A stretch of 64,000 nucleotides of DNA from Octopus sinensis (GCF_006345805.1 NC_043011.1:30640464-30704463), one strand, 5' to 3'. Positions 12,728 to 26,660 are shown, counted from the stretch's first letter. Program-made: numbers and translations. The notes: generated from the sequence alone by a model not told the origin.

Positions 12728-12895
12728 TATATACGTATGCATGTATATATGTATATATGTGTGTGTATACGTATGCATGTATATATACATACACATACAT
12801 GCGTGTATGTGTGCATGTGTGCGTGTGTGTGTGTGTGTGTGTATGAGAGACTTGGGAATCAGTGTGTGCAATGATACATCATTATATGTGTACAT
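12446..12895. repeat. About 450-bp fold-back inverted duplication
   Basis: atgtacacatataatgatgtatcattgcacacactgattcccaagtctctcatac at the left and its exact reverse complement at the right; microsatellite arms; (CT)n centre. Confidence 0.9.
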
Positions 12896-12910
12896 ATATA
12901 TATATACGTA

Positions 12911-12943
<33 letters not shown>

Positions 12944-12951
12944 TATATATA

Positions 12952-12986
<35 letters not shown>

Positions 12987-14189
12987 CGCACACATATATG
13001 GGCTCGTATATATGTGTGTATAATATACATGTGTATGTGCATATTATATGTGTGTATGCATGTAAATCTGTGTGTGAGCGTGTATATGTATGTTTATATA
13101 TAGATGGAAACATAGATTAATAAATGCAATTAGTAAAAAAGGAGAAATGTAATAAGTGAGAGAGCGATAAAGAAGCATATAACTTCATTAAAAAAGGTGA
13201 AAACATGGAAATGAAAACAAAACACGGAAGATTTTGCAAAAAGTAGAAATTAACCCCGTTAGGCCATTTTAGAAGTCTTGGAATTCTGGGATAACTATCG
13301 AGTGATCTAATTCTTAATCTCTTATCTGCTATCAAAGATCCAGCTTTCGATACCTACGAAACTCAAACTGTAATGGAATTATACTCTCAGAAGTATTTTT
13401 GGTTTTCTTAGTTATTCAACCAAAATCGATTGATAGCAATGCTGCCTTTTTTAAAGTGTAAGTTCAAAGTTAATGCCATCAAGTTAAATGTGGCACATTT
13501 TACCATTTTTATTATTTCGAAGAAAGGAAATAAAGTTTGAGTGTCTAAAATAATCGAAATAAAAGCTTTTCATTCAGGATAATGGTCTAATCTAATAAAT
13601 TTTTAACTCTAAATATGTTAAGGTATTATATAATATTTGCTTTCGTATATATGTTTGTGTGGGACAGAGAGACACCGATACAGGATAAGACAGAAAGAGA
13701 GAAAGAAAGTGTACATGCGTGTGTGTGTGTGTCTCCCTCTCTTTCTGTATGTGTGTGTGTGTGTATGTGTATGTGTTTGCGTGTGAGTGAGGGAAGTTGA
13801 AGTAGTCGTATGGATAAGCTATTGAGGGTAATGATTTACGGAATAAATACTAGCATATCACTGACTGGCATTTTTCTGTGTCAGTGAGAAAATCGATACC
13901 TGACACTTTTTATCTCAGATGGGTGGGTGAGAAGTTGCAAGCGGCAGGAGATCTATTCTTCTTAGGGCAAATTTGAACTCTAAACAGACAAAACCACAGC
14001 AAAATAGCCTTGGATCCTTGCAATTACAGACATGTTCAAATGCAAGTTTTCTGATACTACTAATTGAGTCGCATTGTGCCATAAGAGTTGATAATTATAT
14101 TGAATTAACGTAGCATTAAGCAAATAGAAGAAAACCTTTTCCTTAGCTACGACAGCAATTTATTTACATGACTGTTTATTTGTCTATAC

Positions 14190-14500
14190 ATCACCGTGAT
14201 CACCGTGACCGACCAGGCTATCAGATGTTGCTACACATCGCTGGTCACAATGCGCTTTGCATTGCTTTAGCCTTCAAATGACGCCACCCCGCTGGCTAAG
14301 CGAGCAGGCCAACAGAAGAAACAGTGAGAGAAAGTTGTGGCGAAAGAGTACAGCAGGGATCGCCACCACCCCCTGCCGGAGCCCGGTGGAGCTTTAGGTG
14401 CTTTCGTTCAATAAACACTCACAACGCCCGGTCTGGGAATCGAAATCGTAACCGTACAACCGCGAGTCCGTTGCCCTAACAATTGGGCCATTGCAACTCC
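14190..14500 (-). mobile_element. SINE family D with long 3' tail
   Basis: Homologous to 9330-9550 and 27428-27625. Confidence 0.85.
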
Positions 14501-14589
14501 TTTATCTATACATATAAATAATTAAACATGCAATATAACAACAATAACAACAACAATAATGGTTTCAAATTTTGGCCCAAGGCCAGGCC

Positions 14590-15170
14590 TGCTAACGATT
14601 CTGCCAGCTCACCGCCTTAATAATCCTTTCCACTACAGGTACAAGGCCTGAAATTTTATGGGGGCTAGTCAATTACATCGATCCCAATACTCAACTGATA
14701 GCAATTTTATCGACTCAAAAGGATAAAAGACAAAGTCGACCTCGGCGGAATTTGAAACGAGAACGCAGCGGCAGACGAAATACCTATTTCTTTACTACTC
14801 ACAAGTGGCTAAACACAGAGAGGACAAACAAGGACATACAAAGGGATTAAGTCGATTATATCGACCCCAGTGCATAACTGGTACTTAATTTATCGACTCC
14901 CGAAAGGATGAAAGGCAAAGTCGACCTCGGCGGAATTTGAACTCAGAGCGCAGCGGCAGACGAAATACCGCTAAGCATTTCGCCCGGCGTACTAATGATT
15001 CTGCCAGCTCGCCACCTTAAGAATAATATTAAAATAATCTTTTCTTTTACAAGCACAAGATCTGAAATTTGGTGCGAGGGGAGACGTCGATTAGTACCAG
15101 TGCATAACTGGTACTTATTCCATCAACCCCGAAAGGATGAGAGGCGAAGTCAACCTCGGCGGGAAGCCAA
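14590..15170 (-). mobile_element. Family A SINE cluster including a tandem dimer
   Basis: Repeated aaaggcaaagtcgacctcggcggaatttgaa at about 14730, 14915 and 15145. Confidence 0.85.
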
Positions 15171-16182
15171 CAGTTGATGAGACTCAAAACATTGTGTTGA
15201 CATCAATAGCCCACATTCTCGGAAGTTTCTCTCCATCAAATATATACGTGCCTTGGGTCTCTGGTTGATTATGGTTAGAATTTTGAGCTCATGATCATGT
15301 TTGTAGTTTCAACTCTTCAACCGAGCAGTGCTTTCATTTCCTCTGGATAGTTGAGATATAACACTTCGTAAAGTCTATTGTGGTGTGTGCATAAGTAATT
15401 CAACTCTTGTTATGTCGCTTACATACAATGTGATCCCTTTTTCTTCTCAAACTGTACTTCATCTGCAAATTTCTTGTGCTGTATAAGATTTATTGTAGAG
15501 TTTTGTTATTATTGCCATTGGCTGCGAGTTTCATTTTGTTTAGAGTGGGAGTTGGTTTCAATTCATACAACATTGGCTCTCCTTCACAAGATGTTTTGTT
15601 TTGTTGTTTTTTTTTAGTTTTCCTGTTTTGTCATTTTTCTGTTTTATATTTTTTTCGGAACATGTACATGATAACACTTCCAATCAGTTAAGATCAGAAG
15701 CCACGAGAGCCACTGCCTGGTACTGTATCAGGGTATTGAGCCACTGCCTTGTACTGCATCAGAGCATAGAGCCACTGCCTGGTACCTGCAAAACACACAC
15801 TGCTTCCGTCCTGTTCTCATCCTCATAAACAGGTGGTGTTTCTGATTAAAAAGGGCATTTCTTATTCATTTATTTGTAGTTCTTGTTACTGGCGCTGAGG
15901 TGAGGGATTCTTCTAGTTTTCACCGGATGTAGCTGAGAGGGCTTCTGGGTTGCATGGCTTGCTATTGTCAATGTGCAAGGAGAAATTTCATTTGCTGACG
16001 CATGAGTTGTGCTCTGTGACATCCTTGGGCCGAAAACATCCCTGATTTACTGTTGCTGCATTTGCATTTTTAGACTAGCGATGCAAAAAGCATTTAGAAG
16101 GAAAAGAAATATTATTCTTATTGTTCTTTTGTTATTGCTGCTGCTGTTGTTGTTATTGTTGTTGTACTTATTATTATTATTA

Positions 16183-16221
<39 letters not shown>

Positions 16222-16231
<10 letters not shown>

Positions 16232-16507
16232 TAGTTTTATTTTTATAGCGTGCTTTCACTTCACTACCGAGCGCAGCTCTGTGTGCCTTGGGTATGTGCT
16301 GTGATTTGTTGTGATGCTCTGATGGTTATTGTATGGAAAGTGTTTTGCGTAGGATGTGTGCAGTGCCTAGTAGTGCAATTTTCTGTATGTTATATGTGTT
16401 TGTAAGTCCTGGTGTTTTTGTTATGTATTTATCTGAATATTTTTTTATCATGCCTAATGCACCTACTATGATAGGAATTGTTTCTGTTTTCAGATTCCAC
16501 ATTCTAG

Positions 16508-16510
<3 letters not shown>
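16222..16510 (-). mobile_element. 5'-truncated 3' end of the R4/Dong-like LINE, flanked by (TAT)n
   Basis: Reverse complement of about 60965-61246 (gtgaagtgaaagcacgctataaaaataaaactactgaataat). Confidence 0.92.
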
Positions 16511-16560
<50 letters not shown>

Positions 16561-16591
16561 CATTATTATTGTTATTGTTATTATCATTATT

Positions 16592-17155
16592 ATTGAGTGA
16601 GAGAGCAGTGCATGCCATCAAAGTGACACTAGTATAAAATATACGAAGCTCAGTATACTCATCATGACTACTCGTCTGATGAGGGTACCTCAGGCACATG
16701 CATCACAACCATATGTGCGCGACATGATAATCTCATCTCAAGATGAACAGCGGATTATCTTGCCGGTGAGCTCAATGATAATTTTCTTCAGGTCGAGTAG
16801 CCCATCCCACTCAAAAGGTGCCTGAATAAGGCTTGTTTAAGAATGTTGAATGAAATACCCATGTTTCCAGAGGTGAATTATCCAAACTCCAAAGAATTCC
16901 TCTCAATACATGGCTATAATGCTCCCCCGCTACTTCTGCTCATGATCAGAGAGGCACATATCATCAGCCACTAAGGGACATGATCAACTGGTTAAGGTCA
17001 AACAACTGACAAGCAAATCTGTGGTATTGAGCAGAATATTTGTTGTAGCACATCTTTTATACCAAGAGAAAACAAAGTACATGATAACACTTCCAATCAG
17101 TTAAAATCAGAAGCCATGAGAGCCACTACTTGCTCCAGCATCAGGGCATTCATTT
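16592..17155 (-). mobile_element. Non-coding repeat with (AAT)n tail, probably a LINE 3' UTR; second fragment at 15660-15790
   Basis: Ends ctctctcactcAATAATAAT on the minus strand; tacatgataacacttccaatcagttaa shared with about 15665. Confidence 0.65.
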
Positions 17156-17212
<57 letters not shown>

Positions 17213-19889
17213 GTTTTGTATTTGCCTTGTATTTGCACACGTTGACTCCAAGTCTCACCCGGAGACCTCCAGGGTGCCATATATATATAGGTTTGTACAG
17301 AGTATTTTTCTAGAGAATGTCTGTCAAAACATAAGTAAATTAACATTTTATTTTAAAAGTAATTTAATTATAAGATGACAGTCTGATGTTAAGATGACGG
17401 TAAAAGGTGTTTGCTGTTATGTAAATTTATAAGTAATTTAAAGAAAGTTCCAGACTACTTCAGTGGTGTAGAGCTTATTTGGCGTTCGTTTACACAATGT
17501 ATCATGTTAATTTATAGCCTAACTCTGTTTCAATATACAAATATTTTATTTGCTCCAAACCCAGCACTATAGTTCGCGGGACAAAGCGAGACAAAGAAGT
17601 TCACAAACCTCAATTCAATAGTTAGTTATAATGGAGTATAAGGATGGCAAAGTATATAAAGCACCCTCCAGGATCGTCAGAATCGTAAACTGTCACATAT
17701 TCTTAATTGTAGCTCAATTCCCATTTAAGTAGACATTTTCGGAGTCAAATTGTTCTGTAAATAAAATGAAGAAATGCATCTATTACATCCCCGAAGGGAA
17801 GAAATTTAATTATATTTGTATGTGATAACAATCTTAGAGACGGTTTATTATTGTGACTGCTTCGTTATAATCCGTATTGTAATAAAAGGAAAAGAGAAAA
17901 AAGATTCGTATTGTTTGTGCCACTACAATCTAACCAGATATCAATGTAACCTGAAGGACATCAAAGTTGAAAACATCAGTGTATCTCGAAATTTCGATCG
18001 CTTGATAATCAAGCATTACAATCCTTTTTTTCTCCTTTATCTATTCTTATTTCACTTAATTTTATTTCACAAATTACTTTATTGTAAGACTAAAATATAT
18101 TTCATGTGGCGAATTAACTGCTTTTATCACGTTTTTCTTAGTTTTATATCTAAGAGGATTCGATCTCAAAGCTATAAGTCGCTGAATCCACCAAACTACA
18201 ATTTATTCATTTAGTCCTTCATGTATTAACCTTCAGAAAAGTTGTGTATGAAATTAAACAATAAGCCTGTGATTGGTTTTCTACTTGGTCGCTTCACCTG
18301 TTAGGATTAGTAGCTAAATCATCATTAAAATGCACCATATATAAAAGAAATGGAAAAACACATCGGATAACGGAGTAACATGTTGCCCACGGCTGGGATG
18401 TCGTAATTTTTAATAGGAGCCGAAAATAGTGTAAAAACACAAAACAAAAGTACACATATACTTTCAGCAATTACTATCATAAAGTTAAGTATTAACGAAT
18501 GATTTGATGGGAAGCTGTAACGCTTATCCCGGAAGTAATCATTTTACTTGCTTTGCGTCACCGTTTAGTGCCGTAAACGAATTGCAATTGGCATAAGGAA
18601 TTGATACTAGTTCCAAACCTGGATCCACTCAGAATTTACACCTTCGACACTGTTCTTATCAAGCTACACACCATTAAGTTCGGGTGAGAGTATTTCAGAT
18701 TTACATGGCAATAGAATCACAAAGTTATGCCCATACAGGTCAGTTGATACGTCATCAATGTGTTTCATTCTCAACCCCTCTATCTCTCTCAAACCTTTTC
18801 TCTCTATCTCTGTCTCTCTGTCTCTGTCTTCTTTTTTTTTCTCCAATGCCGAGGAAGAGATATGCATTAAGTATACTGCATAGAGCTCAATACTGCGCTA
18901 ATATACGTATATTTGATGTTTCATTGCACAACACTTTAGTTGAGGAACTGATGCGGCCAATTGTCTATTGCGGTTTGATATTAAAAATCAATGGAAATTT
19001 ATGCAGGATATTTTTGCCGCAACTAGACAAACAGATCCAACATGTAATAAACACACACGCATACACATACACTCAAACGCATACATTTTCATGCATACAT
19101 ATGCAAACATACTCATACACCCATACATACAAACAGAGAGCACACACACACATATAAAACAAAGACAAAAAAAATAGAAATATATAAAAATAAACTAAAC
19201 GAAGAAGCGATTACATCTAGTTAAGTGATGATGCATTTTTAGACCAATTGTAGATTACCTGTAGCTTTTAACAGAATTGCGAAGTTCATGTTCAAGCAAG
19301 CAAATACGACAGCTATAGTAATTTGGCTAATGTACTTTTCGTTATATAACGCTGCACACGACCGAACAGCTCTTGTCAAAGCCTGTGAGAGGACGCCATT
19401 TTAATTTTCAATTCAGCATTTCCTTTTCACTAAAACTACTTACCTTACTCTTTTGAAAGTATATCAAAATCAAATCAAAAATGTCGAAGGGATTTTAGTA
19501 GAGAAAAAAATGATTTCTAGTCTTAGCAAAAGGAAAGTCACACATTTTGTAGTTAATTTGATCAACGCTCTGGTGTGGATGTATGATTAAAAGCAAAGTG
19601 TTTCAAGTTCGATACCACTGCGAAGGACTGTTCCTGCTCTTACGGAATAGACTTAATCAGCTACTTGCGTAATTTTAGTAGAGACGTTTCAGAAGCGTTG
19701 AAGTCAAGTCTCCGGCGTAAAGATACTCCCTTCCTTCCTTCCTTCCTTTCTTCCCAACATTTTGTTGGTTCTAAAAGGGTTCGTGTATGATGTTCTTTCT
19801 CTGACTGAGCGATAAAATTACTAGTAGGGAGATGGTTTGGAAGAATCGTTACAGCATCTGACAAAATGTCTAGCAATAATTGGCGCTTT

Positions 19890-20161
19890 AAAGGCGGCAA
19901 ACTGGCTGAAACATTAGCACGCCAGGCAAAATGTTTAGCGGTATTTCGTCTGTCTTTACGTTCTGAGTTCAAATTCCGCGGAGGTCGACTTTGCCTTTCA
20001 TCCTTTAGGGATCGATAAATTAAGTACCAGTTGCGTACTGGAGTCGATCTGATCGACTGGCCCTCTCCCACAAAATTCTTGAAAGACTACTGAAAACTTG
20101 TGGATACCTAAGGTTAAGCACTCTGCTCGTCTTGCTCACGATTCTGTCAGCTCGCCGCCTT

Positions 20162-20209
<48 letters not shown>

Positions 20210-20720
20210 TAATAATAATAATAATAATAATGAAAGTTTGTCTCTCACGGACAACAAGGATTATCAAGAGGATTCTATGTACTTGAAAGACTTCTGAAAA
20301 CTTGTAGATACCTAAGGTTACAGGTAGTAAACCGCGACCCGCATAAATCCTACCAGGAATAAGGTCGAACCTGAGCCACACCAAAATAATAATCCTTTCT
20401 ACAAAAGGCACAAGGCATGAAATTTGGAGGTGGTGGCTTCTCGATTATATCGGCACCAGTACGTTCTTGGTACTTATTTTATCGACTCCGAAAGATGAAA
20501 GGCAAAGTCGACCTCGGCAGAATAATAATAATAAGAATTTTGGCACAAGGCGTCACAATTTTGAGAATAGAAGAACAGTCAACACCATCGAATCTCAGTG
20601 TTTGATGGTATTTCATTCTAACGATCCAGACATGATGAAAGGCAAAGTCGACCTTGATAGTTATTGAACTCAAAAAGTACAGAGCCGGAACGAGGGCATT
20701 TTTTTCAACGCTGAGAGTAT
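19890..20720. mobile_element. Family A SINEs: 19890-20080 (+), 20390-20520 and 20540-20720 (-)
   Basis: Family core motifs in both orientations around (AAT)n. Confidence 0.8.
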
Positions 20721-20937
20721 ATTGCAAGCTCGCATGCATGCAAAGCATGTTTCAAAAATTGTTTTACAGAATATACAAATGAAGTATTACACAAAACGAC
20801 ATGTGGAACAAAGATGTTTTACACAAATATTAAATATTAGTACAAATGAATACAAAGAATATTCAGGGTCATACATTTAGAAACATTTAGAGCACATATA
20901 ATTCGGGTATGTACGCATATATATATATATACATACA

Positions 20938-20987
<50 letters not shown>

Positions 20988-21089
20988 CCCACACATACAT
21001 ACATACATACATGCGTACATACATACATACATACATACATAATACATACATACATACATACATACATACATACGTGTATGTGTGTGTAG

Positions 21090-21415
21090 TGAAGGCGCGT
21101 GGCTTAATGGTTAAGGCATTCGACTCACGATGGTAAGGTCGTGAGTGCAATTCCCGGTGACGCGTTGAGTCCTTGAGCAAAACATTTTATTTCGCGTGGC
21201 TGCAATCCACTCAGCCGGCAAAAATGAGTTGTACCTCTATTTCAAAGGGCCAGCCTCGTCACACTTTGTGTCACGCTGAAACTCCCTGAGAACTACGTTA
21301 GGGGCACGCGTGTCTTTGGATTGCTCAGCCACTTTGCACGTTAAGTTCACGAACAAGCTGTTCCGTTGGTCGTATCAGCTGGGAACTTCGTCGTCGTAAC
21401 CGACGGCGTACTCCT
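21090..21415 (+). mobile_element. SINE family C-related
   Basis: Head gaaggcgcgtggcttaatggttaagg; ccactcagccggcaaaaatgag. Confidence 0.8.
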
Positions 21416-21441
21416 ATGTGTGTGTGTGTGTATACATACAT

Positions 21442-21490
<49 letters not shown>

Positions 21491-21632
21491 AAACATATAT
21501 ATTATATATATATATATACAAACAGACAATATATATATACAGAGAGAGAGAGAGGGAGGGTGAGAGAGAGAGAGAAACAACTTGTTTAAATCTCTGAGCA
21601 AGAGATATACAGTAACAGTACCGGATAGTAAT

Positions 21633-21813
21633 GTATATACGCCAACATAGTCTGGCAGTCCCATAAAGGATGATATAACTGTTGTTTTAGCCCCAGGAAA
21701 ATCCTTTTTCCAGCCGGCTATCGACACACAGTTTGTGTCTGTATACCTTTCCTGGGGCTAAAGCAACTGTAACAGCGTCCTTTATAGAACTGTCACATTT
21801 TGTTGGCATATAC
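21633..21813. repeat. Imperfect inverted repeat (about 65-bp arms), related to the 5684 family
   Basis: ttagccccaggaaa / tttcctggggctaa and tatacgccaaca / tgttggcatata. Confidence 0.75.
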
Positions 21814-21829
21814 AAACTATTATATGTAT

Positions 21830-21990
21830 GGGAGTGGCTGTGTGGTAAGTAGCTTCCTTACCAAGAACATGGTTCCGGGTTCAGTCTTACTGCGAGGCAC
21901 CTTGGCCAAGTGTCTTCTACTATAGCATCGGGCCGACCAAAACCTTGTGAGTGGATTTGGTAGACGGAAACCGAAAGAATCTCGTCGTGA
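21830..21990 (+). mobile_element. SINE family B, 5' half
   Basis: ggagtggctgtgtggtaagtagc...gcaccttggccaagtg. Confidence 0.88.
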
Positions 21991-21998
21991 ATATATAC

Positions 21999-22029
<31 letters not shown>

Positions 22030-22030
22030 C

Positions 22031-22063
<33 letters not shown>

Positions 22064-22085
22064 ATATAGTATATATCTATATATA

Positions 22086-22136
<51 letters not shown>

Positions 22137-22300
22137 ACGTCATATTTTCTCTGTATATAAATTGTGGATGCCTATCCGTACATATATTTCATGTATTCTG
22201 TGCGCGTTTACATATTTATGTACATGTGAGTTTGCTTGCGCGTGTATATGTATATATATATATGTGTATATATATATTATATATATATATTATTATATAT

Positions 22301-22343
<43 letters not shown>

Positions 22344-22354
22344 TATATATATAT

Positions 22355-22391
<37 letters not shown>

Positions 22392-22945
22392 ATATATGTG
22401 TGTTGTGTGGTGTGTATTTATGGAAGCATTATGAGGATAAATAAATTAGACACATCAGATTATTTAAATATATGAAGTACATCAAATACAAAATATGTAA
22501 ATATGCACACTTGTAAAACGAGAGAAAGCAAAAGATTGAAACTTTCAGATCATCCCTCTTAAAATGTTGCTTCACCTTGTGGAATGCTCCCTTATAAAAG
22601 ACATCAGAGTCTAAATACAGAGAATATCTTGACCTTATCTGTGAACTATATATAAATATAAATATACATATACACACATATATATATATTATATATATAT
22701 ATATATACAATAGCACGGAATTTTGTCAGTGAACAGGTCGCGGTCTCAAAACGACGAAAATATTGTGAACAGGTCGCGGTCTCAAAACGACGAAAATATT
22801 TTGGCAAATTAAAGTTGAAGTGAATCTAAGGGTTTTTGTGTGTTTTTAAATGGCTTATAAACATCGTCTACGCTGCAATTTTTTGTTTCAGCACACGATC
22901 TCAGATCAGGTCACTTGCTTTGCAAGTACATCTCCGTAATATATA

Positions 22946-22976
<31 letters not shown>

Positions 22977-23043
22977 GTATATACACACACAGATACACAC
23001 ACACACACACTCACACACTCACACACACACTCACACGCACCAC

Positions 23044-23123
<80 letters not shown>

Positions 23124-23408
23124 GTATTCCTTTAAATCTTAAATTGTTTCAGCTTCAAAGCTGTGATGATGCTGGGAACCACATGAATATAGATAGATAC
23201 CTAGATATATATTGTTGTATTTCAGGACCGCCATTTGTTTCTTCACTCGTTTATTTCTGTTCTTATTTTAACTCTTGTCCATTGTCCTGTAATCTTTTGT
23301 CACACATTTGTGACCTCTTCTGTGTCACTTTTCGTCCTCGTGTGTGGTCCCGCTCCGTCATTCATTCTATTCTCATACATACACACACACACACACACAC
23401 ACCACACA

Positions 23409-23513
<105 letters not shown>

Positions 23514-23521
23514 ACTTATAG

Positions 23522-24730
23522 CTGCGAGCTGACAGAAATGTTAGCATGTCGGTTAAAATACCTCGCAGCATTACTTCCGGGCTATATTTATTCACTATTT
23601 ATATACTACCGAGGTCCACTTTCTCTTTCAATCTTTTGGACTTGGCTAAACTAAAGTACCAGTCAAGGACTGGAGTCGATATACTCAACTGTGTTGTACC
23701 TTCATCACCATTTGACAACCGGTTTTGACGTGTTTACGTCTTCCTAACTTAGCGGTTCGGCAAAAGAAATCAATAAAAGAAGTTCTGGTGTCGATCTTTT
23801 CGACTATAACTATTCAAACACTGGCTTTGTTCAAAAAGTTGAAACAATTCATTATATGTGTTTGTTTATGCTTTACTTTTAACTTTTATTTGTTTCAGTC
23901 ATTAGACTGCGGCCATGTTGGGGCACCGCCTCGAAGAATTTTTGGCCGAATAAATCGACCCGGTACATTTTTTTAAACCCTGGTACTTATTCTATCGGTC
24001 TCTTTTACCGAATCGTTAACTTACGGTGATGTAAACATATAAACACCGATCGTCAAGCAGTGATGGGGCACAGTCACACAGTCACACACACACACACATA
24101 TGTACAAAGGACTTCGTTCAGATTCCTACCAAATCAACTCACAAGTTTTTGATCGGCCCAAGGCTTATCGTAAAAGACATTTGCCCAATGTGCCGCGCAG
24201 TGGGACTGAATCTGGAACCATGTGGCTGGAAACAAACTTCTTACCACTCAGTCAGGTCTATATATTTTATATATATATATATATTTTACTTTATTTTATT
24301 TTTATCCTCCCCTTTTACTCAACAGAAAGATTTTGAAATCCATGCATGATGCAACCCTCCAATATTTTTGAGCGAACATTTTCGAAAAATTTATAATAGA
24401 ACTTCGCGTTGAAAATGAATTCACGAATTTTAAGTAAGTTCGATAAGTACAATGCACGAAATCGTTGGCCCTCGACCCTCGAGCCATTTGTGCTATTTCA
24501 CAGCCGAATAATACTTTCTACTGAAGGCACAAGGCCTGTAAACTTTGTGGGCGATAGCAAGTCGATTACATTGACTCCAGTGCTCAACTGATAGTTATTT
24601 TATCAATCCCGAAAGGATAAAAAGCAAAGTGAACCTCGGCGGAATTTGAACTCAGACCGTAGCGACAGGCGAAATGTCGCTAAGTATTTTGCGCGGCGTG
24701 CTAACGACTTTGCTAGCTCGCTGCTTTGCA
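23522..24730. mobile_element. SINE patch: A (23522-23690 +), B (23870-24255 -), A (24490-24730 -)
   Basis: Family motifs. Confidence 0.78.
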
Positions 24731-25589
24731 GCTAAATGATAATAAATACATGTACTCTTATGTCTTGGGTTTTATCCCCTTTGATTCTTTTTCAGCAACA
24801 AGCCTACTATATTATGAGCATGTGTGTGCGAGTGTGAGTGAGCACGCATGATTTTCAACATAATCGTTCAAGGCGTTCAGTATTTGGGAAAAGGGGTTTG
24901 TATGTCATTCTCATTGGCCTTGTAGATAACTGTTCTCAAAATTTTATAAATAGATCGAGAACATTTCTCAAGGCACGACAAAGGAATCATCTTAACAACA
25001 CACCTGAACACATAACTTCACGTGTGATGTAATATATATGTAAGATGTGTGAGTGTATGCTACTGTGGATTTTTATATTGTCTTTGTGTGTCAAGTAACG
25101 AGAAGTTTTTCACTTATATCACTGCGACTCTTTTGTTCATGATGAACGCGTTGGACTAATTTACTTTCTACTTTATTACTCCCATTTCTTTGTTTTTGAC
25201 GGAGTGGTGGTTTGTAGAATTGCTACAGTGTCGGGGAAAAAAATTGCTTTTTCTCTATTTATTTCTGTATGTCCTGAGTTCAGATGTCACTGAGGTTAAC
25301 ATCGCCTTTCATCTCTTCGCGGTCGATCAAATAAAGTATCAGTCAAGTACTGGCGTGGATGTAATCAACTAACCTTTTCTCATTAAAACTGGTAGCCTTG
25401 TGAAACAATTCCTATTTTGTTGGGAAACGAGTCATCCTCTACTTAGTATCTTTTTCTGTCCCCCTTATTCTCTTTATATAAACGTGACCCATATTCAGTC
25501 ACGTTTTTTTTTATATGATATCGCTCCACTAAAGGAGAGTAGAAAGAAAAAATGCTATGTAGACGAAGAATGGTTGATGGACTACCTCA

Positions 25590-25910
25590 TTGCTCTATAA
25601 GGAGCACTGGGCTGGTTTCCTGGTTTCCTCCCTGGATCATCACAGGAGTATTCATTTTTGCTACCAGCTGAATGGACTGGAGCAGAGTGCAATGACGTGT
25701 TTTCGCCCGGACCATGAATCGAAATTACGTGCCTTCGCCCGAACAAAGAATTGAAATTATGTGTTTTCGCCCGGACCAGCAATCGAAATGACGTGTTTTC
25801 GCCCGGACAAGGAACTGAAATGACGTGTTTTCGCCCGGACCAGAAATCGAAACCACAATCTTACGATCATGAGTTCAACACACTAACCACTTGAGTCATG
25901 CGTCTCCACA
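25590..25910 (-). mobile_element. Family C SINE with an internal 5-copy minisatellite of about 32 bp
   Basis: gaaatgacgtgttttcgcccggac repeated at 25688-25848. Confidence 0.82.
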
Positions 25911-26521
25911 GTTGTTTAATGGCACAAGTGAATGAGTGATGAACAAAATACCTTGTAATTGTTACTTATGCCATTTTACGTTCTAAGTAGGAAATCAACT
26001 GGAGTCGACTTTTCCGTTTAGTATTCTAATAAAAGAAGCACCAATCAACTACAGCTATCGATACAATCGATAATAATCTTGAATGATTAACACAATGAAG
26101 GAAGGAATGACTGATAGAGAAAAAGAGGGAAGAAAGAAAGAGAGAAGAGAAACGGAGAGACAGAGAGTAAAGGAGAATTGAAATATTCGAGGTGTCTTAA
26201 ATTTTTCAGCGTAATCTTATCAATGAGTGACAAATTAGATTACTTCACAAACTAGAAGATAAATGTCATATAATTTCAGATCTAGAGATTTAAATTCTAT
26301 ATTTGTTTATCTTTGATTATAAGAGCAGACGTTTTCTTAAAATTGTCTACATAATTCAATCAAGCAATCCGGCATTCTAATGTCATTATAATGCTAAATT
26401 CCCAACATCGTAATAAAATGAACGGGTATATACGATGGTCTCGTATGATGCAAGTTTGAATATACACACATACATACATACATACGTACATACATATACA
26501 TATACATATACATATATATAT

Positions 26522-26552
<31 letters not shown>

Positions 26553-26554
26553 CA

Positions 26555-26603
<49 letters not shown>

Positions 26604-26616
26604 TATATAGTATACA

Positions 26617-26660
<44 letters not shown>

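Noticed and set aside
13200-13360. Possible minus-strand exon, and linkage with candidates at 22550-22610 and 19259-19382
   Set aside because: No recognisable protein and weak splice sites; phase matching alone is not evidence.
16670-16700. ctgatgag suggesting a hammerhead
   Set aside because: No downstream GAAA core at a suitable distance.
22728-22800. 36-bp perfect tandem duplication (also 3863-3923 and 47920-47965)
   Set aside because: Ordinary local slippage duplications.
25688-25848. Repeat-spacer pattern resembling a CRISPR array
   Set aside because: Variable parts are only about 8 nt and related to each other; it sits inside a eukaryotic SINE; no cas genes.
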